Assembly (NCBI GenBank): GCA_963724295.1
Contig: CAVRUC010000013.1
Span: forward strand, 523,210 to 587,209
Reading direction: 5' to 3'
DNA: 64,000 nt
Source of the DNA: an uncultured Chloroflexia bacterium
Lineage (GTDB): Bacteria; Chloroflexota; Chloroflexia; Thermomicrobiales; UBA6265
A program made the translations under genes and the position numbers. The notes under the pieces were generated by a model, which was given only the letters and a program-made list of their open reading frames with translations, made no database searches and was not told the DNA's origin. Positions 16,073-26,230 of this stretch are shown one piece after another; within the stretch, counting starts at the first letter, position 1, and each line of letters opens with the position of its first letter.

Positions 16073-16216
16073 AGGTGTCATTCCGAACCCGCCGTCACGG
16101 TGTCATCCCGAGCCCGCAGGCAACGTGTCATTCCGAGCCCACAGGCGAGGAATCTCGTCTGCGGCATATGAACGCGGCCTGCGGCCGAGATCCATCACCC
16201 GTTCAGGATGACACCG
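16073..16216. repeat. GGTGTCAT[CT]CCGA[AG]CCC word repeats (3 direct + 1 inverted)
   Basis: Direct units start at about 16073, 16099 and 16134. The third is 'gtgtcattccgagcccacaggcgaggaatc'. An inverted 'gatgacacc' lies at 16207-16215. Confidence 0.75.
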
Positions 16217-16233
16217 GTACGCTGTCGCGGGAC

Positions 16234-16833
16234 TCAGCTTGCTGTCGTGACTGACTCCGTCGTCGTGCCGGCCTCAGTCGCACCCGTGGCCGAGACCGTC
16301 TCGGGGCCGCTGCCCCCGACGAGCAGTACAGTCACCAGGGTGTTCGAGAACGTGTCGATCGGCGTGAAATAGGCGACTCCGGAGAGACCCGAGCCATTCA
16401 TCCCCACCATACCGACGGCAAGCGTGCCATCGGGGTTCAGCGCGCCACCGACATCTCCGCAGGCGACGACCGTGCTCGCCGCGGGCGATTCCCGGACAAC
16501 GACGACGTGATTGGAGGCGAGAAAGTCGGCGATGGCGAATTGCACCACCGTGCCCGATTGCTCGACCGGCGTCGCGCTGGCCTGTCCTTGCAGGTCGCCG
16601 CTGGTAATGACCAGGTTCGCCAGCGGGGCAACCACTTCTCCCGGGCTGCCACAGGTCCCGGCAAGGAGCTCCGCCGGGCGATCGACGGAAGACGTCTGCG
16701 CCAGCGTCGATGGGGTCGTCACGGCGACGACCACCAGGCTCAGGATGACGAGCCAGAGCCTCAGCGGCACGGCAGGGCACCCTGGTCGATGCGAGCCACG
16801 TTCAGCTCGCGGCCGGGAACTCGAACTCTGCAA
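16234..16833 (-). CDS. secreted protein, same unknown domain as the N-terminal half of 1172..2218
   Basis: Signal peptide 'LRLWLVILSLVVVAVTTPSTLAQ'. Domain alignment as described for 1172..2218. Confidence 0.75.
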   Translation of the reverse strand: MQSSSSRPRAERGSHRPGCPAVPLRLWLVILSLVVVAVTTPSTLAQTSSVDRPAELLAGTCGSPGEVVAPLANLVITSGDLQGQASATPVEQSGTVVQFAIADFLASNHVVVVRESPAASTVVACGDVGGALNPDGTLAVGMVGMNGSGLSGVAYFTPIDTFSNTLVTVLLVGGSGPETVSATGATEAGTTTESVTTAS

Positions 16834-17002
16834 TTTGGCCGCCTATCGTGTGGAGCGCTGATAGTAGGGACAGAGTACGGATTAGAACGGCGGAACGCAA
16901 GGTTCGCCACGGGATTCAACTCTCAAGCCCGACACATTGGAGGCGTCGAACGCTCGATCAGGATAGTTGGCTCCAATCGGCCAACGCCCCTTCCAGTTGA
17001 GG

Positions 17003-17989
17003 TTACGAGAACCACGAAAAATCAGGCGGGAACCGTGAGAAGATGAGCAGAAGCAACACGTACAGCGCCACAACAATGGCGATACCGAGCACGGTGCGTT
17101 GCCGCGTCTCGCTGCCGGCCGGCTGCGTCCACCAGCCAAAGCGACCGCTGACCCACGGAGCCACCCAGTTCAGAATCACCACGCTGGAGAGGTTGGCGCC
17201 AAACAAGCCTAGGAAGAATGGCCATCCAAACCGCCCTATCAGAATCGGATTCAGCACGAAATACCCGAAGAGAAAGACGACCGGGTAGAGCGCCAGCAGC
17301 GTCAGCATGTTCAGCTTCCAGATCGGCGCATGGGCGGCGCCCGCTACCCGGAACCACTGATCGAACCCGGTGCGGACCTTGCGGGCGTGCACTCCCGCTG
17401 AGAACCCTGTCGCCTCATCGAGCAGCTTTTGGCGCTCGGGAGAGTTCAACCAGGCGTCGAGGTGGGCCTCGGTGTCGAACGTCAGGATCGTCACCCAATC
17501 ATCCTGGACGCCGGGGATCGGCGGATTGAGCCGGTGGCCCTGGAATCCGGGGTATTGTGTCTCCGCCGCGGTGATGCGCTGGTTCCAGACGCGATATGCC
17601 TCCTCTTGACCCGGTTTGATCTCCATCGAGATGACCGCTGAAACCTCATCGGTCGGCTGCGCTGCCTCATCGCCTTCGATGATGTGCACGTCGTCCCGGC
17701 CGATCAGCATCGGCTGCGCGGTCTCCACCAAGCTGAGTCGCTCTTTGGAGCGGAGCCAGGCTTGCGCCTGCTCGCCGGTCGCAAACTTTTGCAGGATGAC
17801 CCAGTCAACCTGCTTGGGTGGGTCGGGTGGAATCACCTGGTGATCGATGAACCCCGGAAAGCCGGCCACGACGTCGCTGATACGCTGTTGCCATTCGGCA
17901 AAGTCGTCGTTACGGTCCGGCAGTACGCGCGTCTGTGTAACGATGGTGACCGGCCTGGTGGTTGCCGGTGCGGTAGGCGACGAAGCCAC
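17003..17989 (-). CDS. tandem ABM (antibiotic-biosynthesis-monooxygenase-like) domains fused to a C-terminal membrane domain
   Basis: Two 'F..W......v..fpGF......pp.......W..i..F.t...a.aWl.S.eR' repeats, followed by about 4 TM helices ('LNMLTLLALYPVVFLFGYFVL...'). Confidence 0.75.
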   Translation of the reverse strand: MASSPTAPATTRPVTIVTQTRVLPDRNDDFAEWQQRISDVVAGFPGFIDHQVIPPDPPKQVDWVILQKFATGEQAQAWLRSKERLSLVETAQPMLIGRDDVHIIEGDEAAQPTDEVSAVISMEIKPGQEEAYRVWNQRITAAETQYPGFQGHRLNPPIPGVQDDWVTILTFDTEAHLDAWLNSPERQKLLDEATGFSAGVHARKVRTGFDQWFRVAGAAHAPIWKLNMLTLLALYPVVFLFGYFVLNPILIGRFGWPFFLGLFGANLSSVVILNWVAPWVSGRFGWWTQPAGSETRQRTVLGIAIVVALYVLLLLIFSRFPPDFSWFS

Positions 17990-18432
17990 GGGAAATCCTT
18001 TCTGAGTGGCCGCCAGGTCGGCCCAGGTGCCTCCCAGAGCACGATCTGGGCTCTTCCTGGACAGCCCTCGGCCGCGGTCGACGACTCTCCGCGGTCGCGA
18101 CCATCAGCACGGTCCGACGTGTCACGAGTTGTCAGAAACCAGATTGAATCTTGCCGACACGCTACACCGGCACTATCCGTTGTCAAGTCCCAAATATGCT
18201 GCCGCACACTTGCGTTCCGTCAATTTCAGGTGTAGCGTTGCGTCACGTTTCAAATTAGCGGGGCGCACACGCTCGTTGCCGACCTGGTCGGAATCAGGCT
18301 CGTTGCGTGCGACGGCGCCCGCACCCATGTGATGTGGCGGCCGGCGTGGCCCGGAAATCGGGACCACGGTTCGTTGTCGAATGTACGAAGTCAATACACC
18401 GGGCGTTCGACAACACTCCGAGAGGATCAGGC

Positions 18433-19281
18433 ATGAACCTGAATACGATCGAAGAGGTGCGCAGCGCCGCCGCCGTCGATGGCGGCGACGTCCGGTGGCG
18501 GGAGGGGGATAGCTGGCTGGCGGGTGGAACCTGGCTCTTCTCCGAGCCGCAGCCGCACCTGCGCCGCCTGCTTGACCTGCGCGCCCTCGACTGGCCGGCG
18601 CTGGAGGTCGATGACGATGGCCTGCGCATTGCCGCCACCTGCACCGTCGCCGACCTTTACGCGTTCCCCGGGCGACCGGACTGGCCGGCGTCGTTCCTGA
18701 TCGATGAGTGCTGCCGTGCGTTCCTCGCGTCGTTCAAGATCTGGAACACGGCCACCGTCGGCGGCAACATCTGCATGTCCCTGCCGGCGGGTCCGATGAT
18801 CTCGCTCGCGACGTCCCTGGAAGGGATCTACACCCTGAGGTCACTCGACGGCAGCGAGCGCCAGGTCCCGGCCATCGAGTTCGTCATCGGCAATCATCAG
18901 AACGTGCTCCTGCCGGGTGAGCTGCTGCGCACGATCGAGCTCCCCGCCTCGGCGCTGCGGAAGCGTGCGGCATTTCGCCGGGTGTCGCTGACCCACATGG
19001 GGCGCTCGACCGCGCTCGTGATCGGCACGGCCGCTTCGCCGGATGCGACGTTCGTGCTGACCGTGACCGCGGCCACTCCCTACCCTGTGCAGCTGACATT
19101 CCCCGAGGTCCCTGATGCCCGCACCCTGCGGGAGCGCCTCCAGGAAGAGATTCCGGATAGTGGGTACTTCGACGACGTCCACGGATCGCCGGACTACCGC
19201 AAGCACATGACGCACTACTTCGCCGAGCAGATTCGGGCCGAGCTGGCAGGCGAGGGTGGCAGGGTGATGGGTGATGGGTGA
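18433..19281 (+). CDS. molybdenum hydroxylase FAD-binding (medium, CoxM/XdhB-like) subunit
   Basis: ATG 18433 after GAGGA. 'WLAGGTWLFSEPQP...LRIAATCTVADL...WNTATVGGNICMSLPAGPM...SPDYRKHM'. The ORF-track start 18307 was rejected as an upstream extension. Confidence 0.85.
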   Translation: MNLNTIEEVRSAAAVDGGDVRWREGDSWLAGGTWLFSEPQPHLRRLLDLRALDWPALEVDDDGLRIAATCTVADLYAFPGRPDWPASFLIDECCRAFLASFKIWNTATVGGNICMSLPAGPMISLATSLEGIYTLRSLDGSERQVPAIEFVIGNHQNVLLPGELLRTIELPASALRKRAAFRRVSLTHMGRSTALVIGTAASPDATFVLTVTAATPYPVQLTFPEVPDARTLRERLQEEIPDSGYFDDVHGSPDYRKHMTHYFAEQIRAELAGEGGRVMGDG

Positions 19282-19442
19282 TAGGTGTCAGGGTCGCAGG
19301 GTCGCAGGGTCGCAGGGTGGCTGGGTCGCAGGGAGAACCAGCCCGCCACCTCGCCACCCTGCCACCCTGCCACCGTGAGCGCAGCGAACAAATACCCTGC
19401 CACCACGAGCGCAGCGAGTAATCACCACGAGCGGAGCGAGTC
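19262..19442. repeat. composite word-repeat spacer inside the Mo-hydroxylase operon
   Basis: (GGGTGAT)x3 overlapping the stop codon at 19279-19281, (GGGTCGCA)x3-4, 'CCACCCTGCCACCCTGCCACC', and 'CACGAGCGCAGCGAGTAATCACCACGAGCGGAGCGAGTC'. Confidence 0.8.
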
Positions 19443-22175
19443 ATGACCTATCACGTCAACGGCAAGACGTTCTCCGAAGAGCCGGCGGCCGGCCAGTGCC
19501 TGCGCACCTTCCTGCGCGAGCTAGGCTGGTTCGGTGTGAAGAAGGGATGTGACTCAGGCGACTGTGGCGCCTGCACGGTCTGGGTCGACGGTGTGCCGGT
19601 CCATAGCTGTCTCATCCCGGCCTACCGCGCCGAGAATCTGGAGGTCACGACCATCGAGGGGTTGGCCAGGGACGGCGAGCTGCATCCGATGCAGCGCCAG
19701 TTCCTCGAGGCACAGGGGTTCCAGTGCGGGTTCTGCACTGCTGGCATGATCATGACGGCGTCCACCTTCACCGCCGAGGATCTCCAGGATCTGCCCCGGC
19801 ATCTCAAGGGCAACCTCTGCCGCTGCACCGGCTACCACGCTATCGAGGACGCGATCCATGGCGTTCGCACCGTCGAGGTGGATCAGCCCGGCACGGCTGT
19901 CGGATGCGGAGTCGGGGCCCCAGCTGGTCCTCAGGTCGTCACCGGCAAGGCCCGCTACACCCTCGACACCGCGATGGAGGGGATGCTCCACCTGAAGGTG
20001 CTCCGCTCGCCGCACGCCCACGCCCGCATCGTCTCGATCGACAAGAGCGCCGCGCTCGAGGTGCCAGGCGTGCATGAGGTCTTCACCTGGGAGGACGTGC
20101 CGCGCAAGCTCTACACCACCTCCATCCATGAGGACTTCCGCGTCGACCCCAATGACACCTACATGCTCGACAACGTGGTGCGCTTCGTTGGGGAGCGCGT
20201 GGCCGCCGTCGTGGCCGAATCAGAGGCCGCCGCCGAGGAAGGGTGCCGCAAGATCGCGGTCGAGTACGAGCTCTTGCCGGCCGTCTTCGATCCCGAGGAG
20301 GCGATGCGAGTAGGCGCTCCGGCCGTCCATGACAGGGGCGTGGACGCGTTCATTCGCAACCCGGAGCGCAACATCCTGATCGAAGTCCACGGTGGTGTCG
20401 GCGACGTCGACGCTGGTTTTGCCGGGGCGGACGTCATCCACGAAGGGACGTACTCGACGCATCGTGGCCAGCACGCGCACCTGGAGACGCACTGCTCGAT
20501 CGCCTGGGTCGACGAGGACAAGCGGCTGAATGTCCGCACCACGTCCCAGTCCCCGTTCATCTGTCGGGACAAACTCTGCTACTTGTTCGCCCTTGGTCGC
20601 CAAGACGTCCGTGTCTTCTGCGAGCGCGTGGGGGGCGGTTTCGGCGGCAAGCAGGAGGTGCTCACCGAGGATCTGACCGCGCTGGCCGCCATGAAGACCG
20701 GCCGGCCAGTGCAGTGGGAGTTCACGCGCGAAGAGCAGTTCGTGGCCAGCACCTATCGTCACCCGATGCGGACGACGGTCAAGCTCGGGGCGAAGCAGGA
20801 CGGCACGTTGACCGGCATCCAGCTCCGCATCGTCTCCAACACCGGCGCTTATGGGGGCCACGGCGGCGAGACCCTCTACCACGCCTGTAGTGAATCGGTC
20901 GCGCTCTATCGTTGCCCGAACAAGAAGATCGATGCCTACACGGTCTACACCAATACGGTGCCGTCGGGAGCCATCCGCGGCTACGGCGTGACGCAAACGA
21001 TCTATGCCGTCGAGAGCGCGATGGACGAGCTGGCCCGCGCGCTCGGCATGGATCCGTTCGAGCTGCGGCAGCGCAACGTCATCAAACCAGGCGACGCGAT
21101 GGTCTCCCTGAGCGAGGAGGCGAGCGACGCCGAGATCGCCAGCTATGGGCTCGACCAGTGCGTCGACATCGTCCGCGGCGCCCTGGCGCGCGGGAACGGC
21201 GTGACGGCCCCGGACGGAGATGACTGGCTGATCGGGCGGGGGATCGCCTACGCCATGCACGATACCGCGCCCCCCACGGAGCACCGCTCCGAGGCCCGCA
21301 TCACGCTGTTAGAGGACGGGACCTACGAGCTGGCCATCGGCACGGCGGAGTTCGGCAACGGCACCACGACCCAGCATGCGCAGATCACCGCCAGCTTGTT
21401 GGGCACGACGGTTTCCCGGGTACACGTCGTGCAGTCGGATACCGACCGCACCGGTTTCGATACCGGAGCCTTTGCCAGCACCGGCACGTCTGTCGCGAGC
21501 AAGGGGGTCGCTCTTGCCGCCGAGGCGCTGCGCGAGCGCATCCTCGAATTTGCCGCGACGCACACGCGGGTCCCCCGCGAGATGTGCCGGCTCGATGACG
21601 ACGCCGTGATCTGCGGCGAAGTGCGACTATCGCTGGCCGATCTCCACCAGGCGGCGGAGGAAGCTGGGCATCTGCTGGCGCTCTCCCGCAAGGCGTACGG
21701 ATCCCCCCGCAGCGTCGCCTTCAACGTCCATGGCTTCCGCATCGCGGTCCATCGCGTCACCGGCGAGATCACCATCTTGCAAAGCGTTCATGCCGCTGAC
21801 GCGGGCACGGTGATCAACCCGATGCAATTGCACGGACAGGTCGAGGGCGCGATATCGTGGGGGATTGGCTGGGCGCTCTACGAGCGGATCGTGATCGACG
21901 AGACTGGCAAGATCGTCAACCCGCAGTTCCGCAATTACCGCATCCCGGCCTACGCGGACATCCCGCGCAGCGAGGTCTATTTCGCGGATACGTGTGACCC
22001 GACTGGCCCGCTCGGAGCCAAGGGAATGGGCGAGTGCCCCATCAACCCGATCGCCCCGGCCCTGGCCAACGCCCTGGAGGACGCCACCGGCATCCGCTTC
22101 CGCGAACTGCCATTCCGCCCCGATTCCATCTACCGGCCGATCTTCGAGAAGCACGGAGCGGCTGTGGTTTCCTGA
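19443..22175 (+). CDS. fused [2Fe-2S] (CoxS-like) + molybdopterin-binding large subunit of a xanthine dehydrogenase/aldehyde oxidase-family enzyme
   Basis: '[16 protein letters not shown]...[13 protein letters not shown]...CRCTGY' followed by the Ald_Xan_dh large-subunit body ('GGGFGGK', 'KGMGE'). Confidence 0.9.
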   Translation: MTYHVNGKTFSEEPAAGQCLRTFLRELGWFGVKKGCDSGDCGACTVWVDGVPVHSCLIPAYRAENLEVTTIEGLARDGELHPMQRQFLEAQGFQCGFCTAGMIMTASTFTAEDLQDLPRHLKGNLCRCTGYHAIEDAIHGVRTVEVDQPGTAVGCGVGAPAGPQVVTGKARYTLDTAMEGMLHLKVLRSPHAHARIVSIDKSAALEVPGVHEVFTWEDVPRKLYTTSIHEDFRVDPNDTYMLDNVVRFVGERVAAVVAESEAAAEEGCRKIAVEYELLPAVFDPEEAMRVGAPAVHDRGVDAFIRNPERNILIEVHGGVGDVDAGFAGADVIHEGTYSTHRGQHAHLETHCSIAWVDEDKRLNVRTTSQSPFICRDKLCYLFALGRQDVRVFCERVGGGFGGKQEVLTEDLTALAAMKTGRPVQWEFTREEQFVASTYRHPMRTTVKLGAKQDGTLTGIQLRIVSNTGAYGGHGGETLYHACSESVALYRCPNKKIDAYTVYTNTVPSGAIRGYGVTQTIYAVESAMDELARALGMDPFELRQRNVIKPGDAMVSLSEEASDAEIASYGLDQCVDIVRGALARGNGVTAPDGDDWLIGRGIAYAMHDTAPPTEHRSEARITLLEDGTYELAIGTAEFGNGTTTQHAQITASLLGTTVSRVHVVQSDTDRTGFDTGAFASTGTSVASKGVALAAEALRERILEFAATHTRVPREMCRLDDDAVICGEVRLSLADLHQAAEEAGHLLALSRKAYGSPRSVAFNVHGFRIAVHRVTGEITILQSVHAADAGTVINPMQLHGQVEGAISWGIGWALYERIVIDETGKIVNPQFRNYRIPAYADIPRSEVYFADTCDPTGPLGAKGMGECPINPIAPALANALEDATGIRFRELPFRPDSIYRPIFEKHGAAVVS

Positions 22176-22365
22176 CGTCGGAGGCTGAGACGGCCTATGG
22201 CGAGGTGAACCGGTCGTCACCGGATCGCATGTGGATTGAGGGGCTTGACGGCCGCCTCATCAGCTGAAATGATCACGCGGCACTTAATTTACTCTTCAGG
22301 GTCAGGCGGGGATCCGCCATGAGCATGTTCCCGTCATGCTGCCCACAATCCGGTGGAGGTGCGTT

Positions 22366-24231
22366 ATGGCTCGGCTGATCTCGCGACTCGTCCTCCTCGT
22401 CTCGCTCGTTGCCGTGCTGCTTGGAGTGGCTCCGGCCTCCACACTCGGCCAGGACGCCACCCCAATGGCGGCTGCCCTGCCAGACGGCGTCACCATTGTC
22501 GCCAACGGCCTGGACAACCCGCGCAACTTCACCTGGGATGAAGCGGGCGAGCTCTACCTGTCCATTGCTGGTATCGGAGGCCCGAGCATGGGCGACGTCG
22601 GCGGCTCACCCAGCGGTTTGACTGGTGGTCCGACCGCCAGCGTCGTGACGGTCGCTGACGGATGCGCCACCGTCGTGAGCGGAGAGCTCCCATCCAGCCT
22701 CTGGGAAGGCGTCGGCTGGGTCTGGGGTACTGCCGACGTCGCATTCCTCGATGGCCAGCTGTACCAGCTTGCCGCCGGCGGTGGTTCGGATTTCGGGAAC
22801 TTCGACACGCCGGCTGGTATTTATCGCATCGAAGACGATGGCTCCTCGACGCTCGTGGCTGATTTCTCCGCCTGGTCGCGCGAGAACATGCCCGAGTTCG
22901 TCCCGCCGGACTTCAACGCGGACGGGTCGTTGATCGACATGGCCGCTGCCGACGGCAAGCTCTGGGTCGCCGACGCGGTCTCCGGGCGGATCATCACCGT
23001 CACACCGGAAGGCGAGATCACGCTATTCAAGGATTATTCTGTCGATCATCCCGTGCCGACGGGCATTGTTCCGGACGGGGAGGGTGGGCTGTACGTCGGC
23101 AATCTCACCGCAATCCCCTATCCGATTGGCGCGGCCAAGGTGGTCCAGATTGCGGCGGATGGAACCGTGGAGGACATCTGGACCGGACTGACCGCCGTGA
23201 CAAGTCTGGCGATGGGACCGGATGGGGCGCTCTATGCGTCCGAGCTGGTTTCGGAAGCGATGGAGGACGACCCCTTCCTGGCGCCAAACACCGGTCGCGT
23301 GGTGCGCCAGACCGGGCCGGACAGCTTTGAAGCGGTGGTCACCGATCTGCCCTACCCCGTTTCGATCGGATTCGATGCGGATGGCGCGCTCTACATTGCT
23401 GTCCCGGCATTCGGGACGGGAACGGGTGAGGGGCAGGGAGCGCTGCTGCGGGTCGATCCCTCGGTCGCGATGCCAGTCTCCCTCGCCGGTGTGGATCTGA
23501 CGACATCGACCTGTGCGGGTCAAGCCGCCGACCAGGCAAGTGCCACGCCCGGGATGGAAGGCGCGGGCGCCACACCTGAGAGTGCAGCCACGGCCACGGA
23601 GATGACCCAACTCCTCAGCGTTCCCCTGGCCGATCAGACGATGAGTGCGGATGAAACCCTTGGCGTCACCCGCATCTCGTTCGACGCTGGGGGAAGTCAG
23701 CAAGCCAGCGCGGGCGGTGGCGCCAGCGTCTACTTTGTCGAAGACGGCACCGTCTCGCTCCTTCCAGCCGAAGACTCGCCCGCATCCCTCGTCGTGCGTG
23801 CTGGCATGGACGCTTCAGCGGCACCGGAGTCGATCGAGGCCGGCGGGGAAGCCACCCTTGAGGCGGGCGACGGGGTCATCCTGCCCGCCGGTAGTAGCGC
23901 AGAACTGCGGAATGCGGGAGATGCGCCGGCCACCGTCCTCCGCTTACTTGCCGCCGGCGATGCCGGCGCCGATGCCGAGACCGGCGTCTCGCGGGCGGTG
24001 CTGGTGCGTGATGTAGAAGCGCCCGGGGCGCCGGCGTCGCTCACGCTCCAGCAGACGACGCTGCCGGCCGGCGGTCAGTTGCCATACCCGCCCGCTCCGG
24101 TGCAAGCGATTGTGGCCGCACTGGACCGGGGGCAGGCGGTCTACCTCAGCATGGGCTCGGCCGGTGTCGCAACCAACCGCAGTCCCAATCCCATGGAGAT
24201 TTATCTGGTGACTCTCGAACCCGCGAAGTAG
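22366..24231 (+). CDS. secreted ScyD/ScyE-like (NHL-type beta-propeller) protein with a C-terminal double cupin-like extension
   Basis: GGTGGAGG RBS. Signal peptide 'MARLISRLVLLVSLVAVLLGVAPASTLGQDATP'. Also 'NGLDNPRNFTW' and 'GPDGALYASE'. The C-terminal 'GVTRISFDAGG...LEAGDGVILPAGSSAELRNAGDAPATVLRLL' resembles the 57878-59194 modules. Confidence 0.75.
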   Translation: MARLISRLVLLVSLVAVLLGVAPASTLGQDATPMAAALPDGVTIVANGLDNPRNFTWDEAGELYLSIAGIGGPSMGDVGGSPSGLTGGPTASVVTVADGCATVVSGELPSSLWEGVGWVWGTADVAFLDGQLYQLAAGGGSDFGNFDTPAGIYRIEDDGSSTLVADFSAWSRENMPEFVPPDFNADGSLIDMAAADGKLWVADAVSGRIITVTPEGEITLFKDYSVDHPVPTGIVPDGEGGLYVGNLTAIPYPIGAAKVVQIAADGTVEDIWTGLTAVTSLAMGPDGALYASELVSEAMEDDPFLAPNTGRVVRQTGPDSFEAVVTDLPYPVSIGFDADGALYIAVPAFGTGTGEGQGALLRVDPSVAMPVSLAGVDLTTSTCAGQAADQASATPGMEGAGATPESAATATEMTQLLSVPLADQTMSADETLGVTRISFDAGGSQQASAGGGASVYFVEDGTVSLLPAEDSPASLVVRAGMDASAAPESIEAGGEATLEAGDGVILPAGSSAELRNAGDAPATVLRLLAAGDAGADAETGVSRAVLVRDVEAPGAPASLTLQQTTLPAGGQLPYPPAPVQAIVAALDRGQAVYLSMGSAGVATNRSPNPMEIYLVTLEPAK

Positions 24232-24363
24232 ACAGTCGTGCGCCAACGGCGCCACTTCATCGGTTAGGCGCGAGGAGCCCTTGAACCATCGTCGTTTCGA
24301 GGCTCCTCGTAGCCCTCGGCGGATGCCGCGCACACGCGAATCGACGATCGGAGTGGATGCGCC

Positions 24364-24789
24364 ATGACCACAGTGCTCGGTGAGCGTGACCCCCGCGCAG
24401 GGGTAATCTCGCAGTCTGATCTCCGATTCCTGCGTATCATGCTGGGACTGCAGGTAGCCCTTGGTCTGCTATGGGGCGTCTCGATGCTCTTCTTTGCCCG
24501 CCAGATCGTGCTGGGCTCACCCGACGGCCCGCATATCGAAAAGATCGCCATGGAGGGCGCGGCCCACATGATGCTCGTCTTCGGCGCCATCCTCGTCTGG
24601 CGAGCCCCACAGCGCTCCCGGGACGTTCTCCTGCTGATGATCTTCCTCAACGGGCTGTGGACGCTGACCGACCTCGTCTACATTCCGCTGCTCGGCCTGA
24701 GCGAGATCGACTTCTACGCGAAGGTGATCGTCAACGCCATCCTCGCCATCGGGCTGGCGCTCTCCGGTCGCCGCGCAGGAATCCTCTAG
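24364..24789 (+). CDS. small 4-TM membrane protein, unknown function
   Basis: 141-aa ORF with four hydrophobic segments. Confidence 0.6.
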   Translation: MTTVLGERDPRAGVISQSDLRFLRIMLGLQVALGLLWGVSMLFFARQIVLGSPDGPHIEKIAMEGAAHMMLVFGAILVWRAPQRSRDVLLLMIFLNGLWTLTDLVYIPLLGLSEIDFYAKVIVNAILAIGLALSGRRAGIL

Positions 24790-24965
24790 CACCCACGGCG
24801 AGGCAATGGGTGACGGGTGATGGGCGATAGAGTAGTCCGAATTCCGGCGAGCGCCCCGGCTCATTCCCTGCCACCCTAGCACCACGAGCAAAGCGAGTAA
24901 CCACCCCGTCACCCATCACCCCGACTCGATTGGGTAACGACGATTGAGCCCAGCTAGCCGCGGCG
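24790..24965. repeat. composite word-repeat spacer between convergent genes
   Basis: 'GGGTGACGGGTGATGGGCGAT' and its inverted partner 'CCCCGTCACCCATCACCCC' lie about 90 nt apart. Between them is 'caccacgagcaaagcgagtaacc', related to the 19.4-kb words. Confidence 0.75.
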
Positions 24966-26059
24966 TCAGCTCGCCGCCACCTCCACGCGGATGATCTCAC
25001 CGGTCCCCTCGTCCGCACCAAACGCGGGCACGGCGACGTAGAGCCCCCATCGGGACCGAAGCCGAGCTCCACCGGGTAGTCGAGCCCGCTCGTCACGACC
25101 TCCTCCGTATCAGGACCGGTCTGACGGAGGATGCGCCCGCTGCCCTCCGTCAGGAATGGCTCGGCGTCGCTGGTCCGCGAGGACATCTCGGCCACGTACA
25201 ACGCGCCATCCGGTCCGACCTCGAGACCGGTGACGGTTGTCAACCCCGTCCAGACGGTAATGGCCGTGCCGTCCGGGTCGACATGCCGGACGGTGGCCGA
25301 TCCTTCGACGTACGGCGCGGGCGTCAGGTCGGCGACGTAGGCGCCTCCGGCGGGATCGGCCGCAATCCCGCTCGGCACTGGATGCCCTTCCGAGAGATCC
25401 ACGATCCGGGTGATCTCACCGGCGAGCGTGACTTGCAGCACCTGACCGTTCACCGAGTCCACGACCCAGAGCGCCTCACCAACCGGCGCCATATCGAAAA
25501 AGGATCCGCCGTTCGGAGCGCCCTCGGGGGGCGTGTGGGCGACGGGGTTCGCGTCGACCCAGGTGCCCAGATCGGCTACGAGCGTGGCCGCGCCATCGGC
25601 GGTAATCAGGTACACACCACTCGGCTGATCGGGATTCCCGGCACCGGCGCCACCACCACCGACCAGGGCGTAGAGCTGATCGCCCAGAATATCGACATCG
25701 TTGACGCCCCAGACCCAGTCGATATCGCGCCAGATGGCCGAGGCAAGCCCAGTAGCGAGCATCGTTACCTCACCGTCGCGGATGGTGGCAACGCCCGCGG
25801 TCGGCCCCCCGTGGAAGGGCGAGCCTTCGGGACCAGGCGTGTCCCCGCCATTGCCGGCCAGACCGACGAACATCGTTCCATCGGCACCCCAGGTAAAGCC
25901 GCGCGGGTTGGTCAGCCCGCTGGCGACCACCTCGACCCCGTCCGGGAGTGCGCCGGCCGTGGGCGTCGCCTCCTGGGCACGGACGGCGAACGGGGCTCCG
26001 CTCATCAGTAGGGTGACGATCAGGACGAGTGACAAGGAAACAGCAGACGTGCGGGACAT
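24966..26059 (-). pseudogene. ScyD/ScyE-like secreted propeller protein with an apparent frameshift in a C5/G5 run (25044-25048)
   Basis: GGAGGA RBS before Met at 26059. Signal peptide + 'AQEATP'. After 'GFGPDG' the listed frame becomes Arg-rich. Removing one G restores 'LYVAVPAFGADEGTGEIIRVEVAAS*' (stop 24966-24968), which matches the paralog's 'ALYIAVPAFGTGTGEGQGALLRVD'. Confidence 0.7.
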
Positions 26060-26230
26060 GGCGAGGTCCTCCATTCAGACGAACACGAGTCCTGCTCGAC
26101 GCCGGGACCGGCCGATCGACTCTGAGATTACGCTGGTATGAATATCCTAGATCCTTTTGATGAACTGTCAATGCCTCCGGCCGCTCAGGTCGACGCCGCG
26201 ACCTTTCAACGCGAGAGCAACAGCAGAGAA

